Assembly: GCA_027314915.1 (NCBI GenBank)
Contig: DAHUZZ010000003.1
Coordinates: forward strand, 64,815 to 128,814
DNA length: 64,000 bases
DNA from: Thermoplasmata archaeon
Lineage (GTDB): Archaea > Thermoplasmatota > Thermoplasmata > Lutacidiplasmatales > UBA184
Direction: 5' to 3'
Part shown: in pieces, positions 51,343 to 59,488 of the stretch
Numbering within the stretch: the first letter of the stretch is position 1
Layout: every line of letters begins with the position of its first letter
Program-made: the position numbers and the translations under genes
The notes under the pieces: generated by a model
Told to the model about the DNA's origin: nothing
The model's input: only the letters and a program-made list of their open reading frames with translations
Databases searched by the model: none

Positions 51343-52349
51343 ACGAGGAGGCGGCCGCCGAGATCGGCGGGCGGATCCCCGCGCACCCGCTGCCCTCGAG
51401 CTCCCGCGCACCGGGGAAGTGCATCCTCTTCGGCGAGCACGCGGTGGTGCACGGACGCCCCGAGCTCCTCCTCGCCCTCGACCTCTACACGCAGATCGGC
51501 GTCCGGGCGGCCCCGGCCACGACGCTCAACGCGGACCGGACCCCGCTCGAGCACAACCCCTACCTTTCCCGCGCGCTCGAGACGCTCTGGAGCGGTCGTC
51601 CGCCGCTCGCCCTCACCGCCGTCTCGCGGATCCCACGGGCCGCCGGGCTCGGCTCCTCCGCCGCGTTCGTCGCGGCCGTCGCCGCGGTCCTCTGCGCGGC
51701 GGACGGCGGGGTCGAGCGTGCCCGGCTCCACCAGATCGCCTTCGAGATCGAGCAGGGCGCCCAAGGGGTCGGCAGCCCCGGCGATACCGCGGCCGTGGTG
51801 GGCGGCGGCTACCTCACCCTCAACAGCACCGCCGGGCGGCCGCTGTGGCAGGTGCGCGATGCCCGCCACACCTGGTCGGTCCACCGCGTCCCGGACCCGG
51901 CCTGGAGCTGGCTCATCGCCTACTCCGGGATCCCCCGCGACACCGGCGCCACGGTCCGCGCCGTCGGAGAACGGCTCCGGCAGGAGGACGGGCCCCGGCT
52001 CCTCGAGGAGTTCGAGCAGGTCGCCCACGAGGGGATCGCGGCCGTCGGCGAGGAGGACCGGGAGAAGGTGGGCGCGCTCCTCAACCGCAACCACGGGCTC
52101 CTCCAGCAGGTCGGGGTCTCGCATCCCCGGCTCGAGGAGCTCCTCGCCGCCGTTCTTCCGGCCTGCGAGGGCGGCAAGGTGACCGGCGCCGGAGCGGGCG
52201 GCTCGATCGTGGTGCTCCCGAAGCTCGGGCGCGAGCTCGAGGCCTCCCGGCGGATCACGCGCGCCGGCGGCGTCGCCTACCTCGTGCGGCCGGCCCTGCG
52301 GGGCGTCGAGCTCGTGGGACCGGCCGACCGCGGAACGGGGACCGGGTGA
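51339..52349 (+). CDS. mvk: Mevalonate kinase
   Basis: 336 aa from an ATG in an ATGA overlap with the trm56 stop. APGKCILFGEHAVVHG, GLGSSAAFVAAV, TGAGAGGS. Confidence 0.9.
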   Translation: MNEEAAAEIGGRIPAHPLPSSSRAPGKCILFGEHAVVHGRPELLLALDLYTQIGVRAAPATTLNADRTPLEHNPYLSRALETLWSGRPPLALTAVSRIPRAAGLGSSAAFVAAVAAVLCAADGGVERARLHQIAFEIEQGAQGVGSPGDTAAVVGGGYLTLNSTAGRPLWQVRDARHTWSVHRVPDPAWSWLIAYSGIPRDTGATVRAVGERLRQEDGPRLLEEFEQVAHEGIAAVGEEDREKVGALLNRNHGLLQQVGVSHPRLEELLAAVLPACEGGKVTGAGAGGSIVVLPKLGRELEASRRITRAGGVAYLVRPALRGVELVGPADRGTGTG

Positions 52350-52359
52350 CCGGGCCCCC

Positions 52360-53556
52360 CTACTTCCGCGCGACGATCCGGAGCACCGCGCGGTGCTCGA
52401 CCGGATGTTCCGCTCCCAGCGCGCGGTGCGTCCGGCCGTCGATCGCGCGGATGAAGTTCTCCCCGAGATCGGTGTGGACCCGGTAGGCGACCTCCCGGAC
52501 GGGCGTGCCCGCGGGCACGAGGAAGGCATCCGGCAGCACGCGGCCCTTCGAGTCGGTCCACCGGCCCTCGTCCTCGACGGGGAAGACCACGATCCGCTGG
52601 AGCCGCTCGAAGACGAGCCGCTCGAGCGCCTCCTGAACACCGGTGCTCCCCCACGTCCCGACGAGGCGCCGGATCTCCTCGAGCGCCTTCCCCTGCGCGG
52701 GGGAGAGGCGGCCCGGGTCCGTCGCGGTGAACCCCCGGTCGCCGGGCGTGTACTGCACGAGCCCGGCCCGCTGGGCCCGGCGCAGCGTGAGCTCCGCTTC
52801 GGCGCAGGTGGGGGCGAGCGGTACCGGGGCGATCGCCTCGGAAAGCCCGCGCATCCGCTCCGGCGTGCTCTTGTCCGCCTTGTTCCCGGCCACGAGCCGT
52901 GGCTTCGCCGAACGCAGGAGCTCCTGCGCGAGGAACCGGCGCTCCTCGGCGCTCCACTGGGAAGGGTGGCCGCGGTCCACGGTCACCTGCCGCAGGGCGG
53001 CCGAGATGGCCGCCGGCGGGATCGCGAGCCCGGTCAGGCGCTTTCCGAGGAACTCCTCGACCTTCGCCCCCTCGAGCTCGACGGAGCGGGCCGACCGGTC
53101 GAAGTCCCGGCCCAGGATCCCGTCGATCCAGGCCACGAGCTCGGTCTCGAGCCAGCCCACCTCGTCGACCGGGTCGTAGCTGCCGGGCGCCGACAGGACG
53201 CCCTCGGGACTGGTCCCCCCGCTGGCGTCGACCACCTGCAAGAAGCCGTCCGCGGCCCGGAGCTCGTCGAGGAACTGGTGGCCGAGCCCCTTGCCCTCGT
53301 GCGCACCGGGCACGAGCCCCGGGACATCGATGAGGCTCACCGGGACCCAGCGGGTCCCGTCCCGGCACGCCGCGTTCCCCGGCGTGCAGGGGGTCCCCTT
53401 CTCGGAGTGCGGGCAGGCGACGCGGAGCGCCGCCACGCCGCGGTGGGCCTTCACCGTGGTGAACGGGTACGGCGCCATCGCGGAGTCGAGCAGCGTGAGC
53501 GCGTTGAACAGCGTCGACTTCCCGACGTTGGGCTTGCCGACGACGCCGACCTCCAC
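52360..53556 (-). CDS. OBG-family GTPase/ATPase, YchF/Ygr210-like, with C-terminal TGS domain
   Basis: 398 aa from a GTG (VEVGVVGKPNVGKST). G1 GKPNVGKST, G3 DVPGL, G4 GNKAD. The track ORF's 5' extension to 54399 is a shadow frame. Confidence 0.85.
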   Translation of the reverse strand: MEVGVVGKPNVGKSTLFNALTLLDSAMAPYPFTTVKAHRGVAALRVACPHSEKGTPCTPGNAACRDGTRWVPVSLIDVPGLVPGAHEGKGLGHQFLDELRAADGFLQVVDASGGTSPEGVLSAPGSYDPVDEVGWLETELVAWIDGILGRDFDRSARSVELEGAKVEEFLGKRLTGLAIPPAAISAALRQVTVDRGHPSQWSAEERRFLAQELLRSAKPRLVAGNKADKSTPERMRGLSEAIAPVPLAPTCAEAELTLRRAQRAGLVQYTPGDRGFTATDPGRLSPAQGKALEEIRRLVGTWGSTGVQEALERLVFERLQRIVVFPVEDEGRWTDSKGRVLPDAFLVPAGTPVREVAYRVHTDLGENFIRAIDGRTHRALGAEHPVEHRAVLRIVARK

Positions 53557-53579
53557 CTCGATCCCTCCGGCCGGCCCGG

Positions 53580-54128
53580 CTACGTCGCGTAGTCCGGCGG
53601 GGTCTCCTCCACGCCCGCCTCGTGGTTGAGGACGAGCGCGAGCGCGAAGAGGAGGTCGCTCATGCGGTTGGTCCACTGGAGGATCTCCGGTCCGACCGGC
53701 TCGGCGGCGTGGAGCCGCCACAGCTCGCGCTCGGCCCGGCGGGCGACGGTCCGGGCCACGTGCGCCTGGGCCGCGGCCGGCGCCCCCCGCGGGAGGACGA
53801 AGCTCGTGAGCGGGGGCGCTCGCGCTTCGAGCCGGTCGATGTCCCGTTCGAGCCGCTGGACGTGACGCGCCCCGATCCGCTGCACCGGCGGTGGACGCCC
53901 GGGGGGCGTGGCGAGCTCGCTCATCGCGATGAAGAGCTCGTGCTCCAGGCGAAGGAGGAGCTCCCGGTGCGCCCGGGAGCCCTCGGGGAGTTGGGCGTCG
54001 ACGAGCCCGAGCTGGGCGGCGAGCTCGTCGAACGTCCCGTAGGCGACGATCCGCGGTGCGGTCTTCTCGATGCGGACCCCGCCTACCAGACCGGTGGTGC
54101 CGGCATCGCCGGTGCGGGTGTAGAGACG
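53580..54128 (-). CDS. PduO-type ATP:cob(I)alamin adenosyltransferase; conserved N-terminus lacks any in-frame ATG/GTG/TTG start (possible frameshift, pseudogene or non-canonical start)
   Basis: The frame is open from 54218 down to the stop at 53580. Hand translation gives RLYTRTGDAGTTGLVGGVRIEKTAPRIVAYGTFDELAAQLG... (typical PduO N-terminus), continuing into FVLPRGAPAAAQAHVARTVARRAERE and NRMSDLLFALA. The first standard start codon is the ATG at 53924, 68 codons into the conserved domain. Confidence 0.6.
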   Translation of the reverse strand, partial: RLYTRTGDAGTTGLVGGVRIEKTAPRIVAYGTFDELAAQLGLVDAQLPEGSRAHRELLLRLEHELFIAMSELATPPGRPPPVQRIGARHVQRLERDIDRLEARAPPLTSFVLPRGAPAAAQAHVARTVARRAERELWRLHAAEPVGPEILQWTNRMSDLLFALALVLNHEAGVEETPPDYAT

Positions 54129-54298
54129 CGCCGTGGGTACCTCGACTCCGTGCGGAACACGAGCGCATCGAGCGGCGATGAGAGCCCGTGGACGGGGCAG
54201 TACGAGATGTGCAGCACCTCATTATGCTTGGCGTCCTGCCGGCACAATCGGCAGATGAATCCGCTCCGCTCCGCCCACGCCACGCCCAAGGTTTCCAT
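54083..54298 (-). CDS. Possible small Cys/His-rich ORF overlapping the PduO 5' region in another frame
   Basis: 71-aa ORF with an ATG start and CRLC...H..YCPVH spacing, in a lower-GC patch. Its last ~15 codons overlap the conserved PduO N-terminus, so at most one of the two readings is complete. Confidence 0.3.
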   Translation of the reverse strand: METLGVAWAERSGFICRLCRQDAKHNEVLHISYCPVHGLSSPLDALVFRTESRYPRRVSTPAPAMPAPPVW

Positions 54299-54319
54299 GG
54301 TTTGTTGCCTGCCCGGAGG

Positions 54320-54733
54320 CTAGCGCTCGAGGAGCCCCCGTCCCTCGCGATCGGCCTTGCGACGCGAGAGATGCCGGTCCCGATGGGACCGCGCGGCACC
54401 GCGCAGCGCGGGCATCCGGTCGGCGTGCAGCCGACTCAACTCCTGCATCCCTAGCGTCGTGAGGAGGGTGAGCGCCCCCTCCTCATCGTGCGCCCAACCG
54501 TCCTCGACGAGCTCCTCGACCTCGTGCTGCACCGTCGGGGGAAGCTCGGGGGCCGGCCGGGCCGTCCCCTCGCTCTCCCGAAGGAGCGCTCGGATCGCGT
54601 CGGACCGGCTCTCGATCCCCCGGTTCCGACGGAACTCGTCGAGCCGCCGTGCCTCCTCGTCGCTCAACCGAACGCCGAGGAATCGCGTCACGCCGGTGGG
54701 CGCGGCCTCTCGCACGCGTTTAACAGAGTTCAA
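54320..54733 (-). CDS. Ribbon-helix-helix (CopG/NikR-type) DNA-binding protein
   Basis: TRFLGVRLSDEEARRLDEFRRNRGIESRSDAIRALL is an RHH pattern. TTG start at 54733, or GTG at 54715, which sits about 35 nt after the AT island CTACTAATACATTTGTTAAAC (54738-54760). Confidence 0.75.
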   Translation of the reverse strand: MNSVKRVREAAPTGVTRFLGVRLSDEEARRLDEFRRNRGIESRSDAIRALLRESEGTARPAPELPPTVQHEVEELVEDGWAHDEEGALTLLTTLGMQELSRLHADRMPALRGAARSHRDRHLSRRKADREGRGLLER

Positions 54734-54866
54734 CGACTACTAATACATTTGTTAAACGGCCGAGGATGCGCGGCCCGGGGAGCCCTCCGGCGAGGACGAC
54801 AGGTGAAGCGCGCCGGCCCGAACGACGGGCCCGGTCCCGCGGTCCGGCGGATGGCCGCCGGCCGGA

Positions 54867-55340
54867 TCAGGAACGGGTGCCGGGGGCCGGCGCGGAGGCG
54901 ATCGGTCCCGTCGCCGGCCGTCTGGCCATCGGCGCCCCGCACGCCGCGCAGAACGCTCCCCCGAACGACCTCTGGAACGCGCCGCACGACGGGCACGGGG
55001 GAAGGTCGACGGAATCCGGAGAATCGGGCCCCAGGCTCCCGAGCGGGAGCTCGTCGTCCACCACGTTGTAGAGCGGGAGGACGCCCCGGGCGATCACCCC
55101 GCCGCTCTCCGCCATCGCGTCCTCCATGCGGGAGAACTGAAGGAACTGGAGCGGAACGAAGACGGCGGTGAGGAGCACGGTCAGCCCGACGGCCCAGAGC
55201 AGCCCGAGGGTCCCCCAGAAGAGGACGAAGGACACGACCGGCAGGACGATCATCCCGACGTACCCCATCGCGCGGTAGGTGCTGTAGCGCATCGCGGGCG
55301 GCGTCCTCGCGCGGGGGTTTAGGAGGTCCTCGCACTTCAC
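54867..55340 (-). CDS. Small membrane protein (2-3 TM) with C-terminal zinc ribbon
   Basis: 157 aa. TM segments MGYVGMIVLPVVSFVLFWGTLGLLWAVGLTVLLTAVFV. C-terminus CPSCGAFQRSFGGAFCAACG. Confidence 0.65.
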   Translation of the reverse strand: MKCEDLLNPRARTPPAMRYSTYRAMGYVGMIVLPVVSFVLFWGTLGLLWAVGLTVLLTAVFVPLQFLQFSRMEDAMAESGGVIARGVLPLYNVVDDELPLGSLGPDSPDSVDLPPCPSCGAFQRSFGGAFCAACGAPMARRPATGPIASAPAPGTRS

Positions 55341-55368
55341 CCGATGGAACCCGCCGCCGGGGCGCCCG

Positions 55369-56871
55369 TCAGTGGGAGGGCTGGATCGCAGACGGGTGCG
55401 TCGCGCCGGCGGCCGGCTCTTCCGGCTGGGCCGAGGTCTCCTCGAGCGCGCGTTGCTTGGTCTCGGGGATCAGGGCGAGGGTCACGACCACCCCGATGGC
55501 CGCCACGAGTCCCAGGAACCGCATCATCCCCGCATCGCCCCAGAGGCCGATGAGCGCCGCGAAGAAGAGCGTCGAGATCGACGCCCCGATCTTGCCCCAA
55601 CCCGCCGCGAAGCCCTGACCCGTGGCCCGGTACTGCGTGGGAAAGACCTCGGTGGGGACCACGAAGGTGGTCGTGTTCGGGCCGATGTTGCCGAAGAGGA
55701 ACGTGAGTCCGTAGATGGCGACGAACGGGGCCCCGAGCGCGATGACCCCGGGCGCGAATCCCAGGACCGCGAACGCGATCGCCATCACCGCGAAGCCGAC
55801 CCATTGGAGGGTGCGCCGCCCCACCCGGTCGATCAGGGCGACCGAGATCCAGTAGCCGGGCACGGTGAAGGCGAGCGTGATCAGGGCGGTGTACTCCTCC
55901 GCGACCATCAGGTGCTGGACGTGGCTCAGCCCGGGCGAATAGCCCAGGCTGAGCGCACTGACCATGGTCGGCGTGTAGATGCTCGTCCCGTAGAACGAGA
56001 TGTCGAAGAGGAACCAGCTGAGGGCCGTGCCCACGATCAACGGCCAGAACCTCGTGAGGAATCCCACGTAGGAGCCGCGCGGGGCTCGGACCGACTCGGC
56101 CCCGGCGACGACCTCGACCCCCGTGAGGCCCCCGACGACCCGCGCGGACTCCTTCGCCTTCCCCTCGACGTGGAGGCTGAACCGGGGAGTCTCGGGAAGG
56201 CGTCGGCGCCAGACGTAGACCGCGGCGGCCGGGATCGCGCCGGCGCCGAGCAGGACCCTCCAGATCGCATCGAGCGAGTGCGGGAACGTCCTGAGGAGGC
56301 CGAGGGCGAGGACGACCCCGGTGAGCAGGCCGAAGCCCTGCATCGCGAAGACGGTGCCGACGAGCCGCCCCCGGCTCTTCACGTTCGCATACTCGCTCAT
56401 GATGGTCGAGCTCATCGGGTAGTCGCCGCCGATCCCGATGCCGAGGATGAACCGGAACAGGACGAGGGCCGCGAAGCTCCACGCGAGCGCCGACAGGAGC
56501 GCGCCCGCGACGAGGATGAGCATCTCGAGCCCGTAGATCGTCTTGCGACCGATGAGGTCGCCCAGGCGGCCGAAGATGAACGGTCCCACGGCGGCCCCGA
56601 AGATCGCGGCCGCGCTCACGAGGGCGATGCCGGTGATCGGGGCCACCTGCCCGAAGAACGGGAGGGACACCAGGATCCCCGGGATCGCGAACGGCTGGTA
56701 GAAGGCGAACATCGCCACCACCACGCCGATCACGAAGAGATCGTAGGCATCGGTGAAGAATCCCATCCCGGAGATGAGGACGGTCCTCCAGTGGAAGCGG
56801 CTCACCTTGGCCTGGTCGAGGGGCGCGAGGATGGCCCGATCGAGTCCCCCGGTGGGCGCCTCGCGGGTCAC
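55369..56871 (-). CDS. MFS transporter, Pho84/PHS-like (phosphate or metabolite:H+ symporter)
   Basis: 500 aa, 12-TM pattern. GFFTDAYDLFVIG, GRLGDLIGRK, GIGIGGDYPMSSTIMSEYANVKSRG. Confidence 0.9.
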   Translation of the reverse strand: MTREAPTGGLDRAILAPLDQAKVSRFHWRTVLISGMGFFTDAYDLFVIGVVVAMFAFYQPFAIPGILVSLPFFGQVAPITGIALVSAAAIFGAAVGPFIFGRLGDLIGRKTIYGLEMLILVAGALLSALAWSFAALVLFRFILGIGIGGDYPMSSTIMSEYANVKSRGRLVGTVFAMQGFGLLTGVVLALGLLRTFPHSLDAIWRVLLGAGAIPAAAVYVWRRRLPETPRFSLHVEGKAKESARVVGGLTGVEVVAGAESVRAPRGSYVGFLTRFWPLIVGTALSWFLFDISFYGTSIYTPTMVSALSLGYSPGLSHVQHLMVAEEYTALITLAFTVPGYWISVALIDRVGRRTLQWVGFAVMAIAFAVLGFAPGVIALGAPFVAIYGLTFLFGNIGPNTTTFVVPTEVFPTQYRATGQGFAAGWGKIGASISTLFFAALIGLWGDAGMMRFLGLVAAIGVVVTLALIPETKQRALEETSAQPEEPAAGATHPSAIQPSH

Positions 56872-56912
56872 GCCCCCATCAATCGGACGACGCAGATAAG
56901 GAGCGATTCGGT

Positions 56913-56923
56913 AGAATATATAG
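56913..56923 (-). promoter_or_regulatory. Strong TATA-like island (CTATATATTCT on minus strand) upstream of the MFS gene
   Basis: The most AT-rich stretch of the window (56905-56950), 42-52 nt upstream of the GTG start at 56871. Confidence 0.45.
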
Positions 56924-57001
56924 TCCTACATTGTTGAACATACTCATGTACCGCACGGCGCCCGCGCCGGGGCGGCCGTGGGCGGTGGCGCCCGCCGCGG
57001 C

Positions 57002-58489
57002 TCAGCTCGTGTTCTCCACCACCACGGTGAGGTCGTAGCTGCCCGGGGTCGTCGGAGCGGTGATCGTGAGGGTCCAGACCCCGGTCGAGTCCGCCCCCAC
57101 GGCGAACGCGCCGGTGGGCGCCACGGAGGCGAGGAGCCAGGGGCTGAGGACCCCGTTCACCTGGTAGTTGTGGGTCACGGTGTCGGCGTTGAAGATGAAC
57201 ATCCTGAGGATCATCTGCGCCCCGGGCGCGAGGTAGGCCGGGGGCGCGGAAAAGTTCGGCCCGACGGTGAAGAACGGGTTGGTGTCGTAGATGAGCTCGT
57301 AGCCGACGAACGCGACCACGACCACCGGCGCCGGGCCGCTCGAGACCGAGCCGTGGATCGAATAGGTGCCGGGCCCCGGCGCCCCGAGCTCCACCGTGAG
57401 ATTGACCGAGCCGTTCGGTCCGAGCTCGAACGGAAGGCCGGGGTAGGAGCTCTTGACGGCGAACGGGCCGAGGACGCCGAGCGATTCCACCTCGACGGGA
57501 ATGGAGTCGTTCGACTGGAGGGCGAGGTGGACGGCGAACGTGGCGTTCGGGACGACCTGCGCGGGCGGCGGCGCCGCCCGGACCTGGAGGTAGCCGGAGG
57601 CGTTGCCCTGGTAGGTCACGGTCCAGTTCATCGCGGGGAGCGAGACCGGGCCCGGTGGCGTCGAGCCGATCACGGTGCCCAGGACCGCGTAGGAGCCCGC
57701 CAGGCTCGGCACCCCGACCGTGATCGTGATGGTGCGGGCGACCGCGTGGTCGAACGTCGCGGGGAAGGACGGGCTCGACCCGCGGAGGATGAACCCGTTC
57801 GTGAGCTGGATGTTGTCCACCTTCGCGACGCAGCCGTCCGATTCGCAGACGGGGGTGACCTCGACCGAGAGGTTCGCCTCCGAGCCCGCCACGACGCGGT
57901 CCGGGCCGACGATCCCCACGGTGCCGACGATCACATTGCGGCCGGTGAAGTTCTCCGACAGGAGCGTCACCCAACCGGCGAGGCTGCCGCCCGGAGGCGG
58001 GACCGATCCGTTCGGGTTCGGCGCGGAGGCGGGACGCAGGACGCCGCCGTAGAGCACCGCGGTCGCGAGGCCGGCGACGACCACGAGGAGGATGATCGCG
58101 ATCGTGAGCCACCTCCGCCGCGAGGGCGGCGGGACCGTCTCCGAGGCCGACGGGTCGACGACCTCCGGGCTCTCGTCCATGCACGTGCGGGAGGGGGACC
58201 CCCCGTCGGAGGGGACGAGGAGGGCCCATCCTGAAAAAAGTAGCGGGCCCGCTCCGCCTCCGGCGCGCCCGACCGGGCGGACCCCGGTCGCGGGCTCGTA
58301 GCCGAGGTGGGCGACCACCACGAGGTAGGCCGCGATCGCCACCACGACCACGGCGAGCACGAGGTACCACCCCGTGCGGTTCGGAGGTTCGAGTTCGACC
58401 ACCGAACGACGCGGAGGGGGGTTGGGCGCGGCGGGAGGCGGCTGGGCCTCCCGCTCGATGACGGTCCCGGTCCGCTCGTCGAGCGTCAC
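57002..58489 (-). CDS. Membrane-anchored cell-surface protein with beta-sandwich-like repeats and many N-glycosylation sequons
   Basis: 495 aa. Two hydrophobic anchors (WYLVLAVVVVAIAAYLVVVA; WLTIAIILLVVVAGLATAVLY). An internal ATG (MDESPEVV) could be the true start. T/S/G/V/P-rich ectodomain. Confidence 0.7.
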   Translation of the reverse strand: MTLDERTGTVIEREAQPPPAAPNPPPRRSVVELEPPNRTGWYLVLAVVVVAIAAYLVVVAHLGYEPATGVRPVGRAGGGAGPLLFSGWALLVPSDGGSPSRTCMDESPEVVDPSASETVPPPSRRRWLTIAIILLVVVAGLATAVLYGGVLRPASAPNPNGSVPPPGGSLAGWVTLLSENFTGRNVIVGTVGIVGPDRVVAGSEANLSVEVTPVCESDGCVAKVDNIQLTNGFILRGSSPSFPATFDHAVARTITITVGVPSLAGSYAVLGTVIGSTPPGPVSLPAMNWTVTYQGNASGYLQVRAAPPPAQVVPNATFAVHLALQSNDSIPVEVESLGVLGPFAVKSSYPGLPFELGPNGSVNLTVELGAPGPGTYSIHGSVSSGPAPVVVVAFVGYELIYDTNPFFTVGPNFSAPPAYLAPGAQMILRMFIFNADTVTHNYQVNGVLSPWLLASVAPTGAFAVGADSTGVWTLTITAPTTPGSYDLTVVVENTS

Positions 58490-58651
58490 CGGCGGGAGCT
58501 GGTTCCCGGACCTCGGTAGGGCACGACGGGGTCCGCCCGCTGACCGACGTGGAGAAGGAACGGAGAGGTCGTTACCCCCCCGGTGCGTGCGACGGCCCCG
58601 GGACCGGCCCTGTCGGTAGGTTCATCGTCCCGGCACCGGTCGGCGACATCC

Positions 58652-59488
58652 ATGTCGAAAGCCGAACGGACGCTCCGGATCCGACCCGGCGCTCCCGTAC
58701 GGATGGACCGCGTCGACCCGAGCGACACGTCCGCGTTCGGGGACTCCAAGGACCGGGCCCTCAAGGAGTCGGCGCGGCACATCGAGCGGCTCGATGCCCT
58801 CCAGGAGCTCCTGTACGCCTGCCACTCCCGATCGGTCCTGATCATCCTCCAGGGGCTCGACTCGGGCGGCAAGGACGGCACGATCCGGCACGTCTTCGAA
58901 GGGGTCAACCCGCAGGGCGTGCGGGTGGCGAAGTTCATCGCCCCTACTCCGGTCGAACGGGACCACGACTTCCTGTGGAGGGTCCATCCATCCGCCCCGG
59001 CGCTCGGGGAGATCGTGATCTTCAACCGCAGCCACTACGAGGACGTCCTCGCGGCCCGCGTGCTCAAGTTGGTCCCGGCCGAGCGCTGGCAGAGCCGCTA
59101 CCGGGCGATCAACGAGTTCGAGCGGGAGCTCACGCAGGAGGGCACGCTGCTGCTCAAGTTCTTCCTCCACCTCAGCGAGGAGGAGCAGCGCGACCGCATC
59201 CGCGCGCGGCTCGAGGACCCGACCAAGCACTGGAAGTTCAGCGCGAACGACCTCGCGGACCGTCCGCACTGGGCGGAGTACATGGCGGCCATCGGGGAGA
59301 TGCTGACGAAGACGAGCACCTCGTGGGCGCCGTGGTACCTGATCCCCTCCGACAAGAAGTGGTTCCGGAACTGGGCCGTCTCGAAGATCCTGGTGGACGC
59401 GCTCGAGTCGCTCGACCTGACCTGGCCGCCGCTGCCCCCGGACGTGGCCCGGAAGTACGGCGTGCGAGGGACCGCGCGGGGCCGGTGA
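58652..59488 (+). CDS. ppk2: Polyphosphate kinase 2 family protein
   Basis: 278 aa. ILQGLDSGGKDGTIRHV (Walker A), DFLWRVH, IFNRSHYEDV, WYLIPSDKKW. Confidence 0.9.
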   Translation: MSKAERTLRIRPGAPVRMDRVDPSDTSAFGDSKDRALKESARHIERLDALQELLYACHSRSVLIILQGLDSGGKDGTIRHVFEGVNPQGVRVAKFIAPTPVERDHDFLWRVHPSAPALGEIVIFNRSHYEDVLAARVLKLVPAERWQSRYRAINEFERELTQEGTLLLKFFLHLSEEEQRDRIRARLEDPTKHWKFSANDLADRPHWAEYMAAIGEMLTKTSTSWAPWYLIPSDKKWFRNWAVSKILVDALESLDLTWPPLPPDVARKYGVRGTARGR

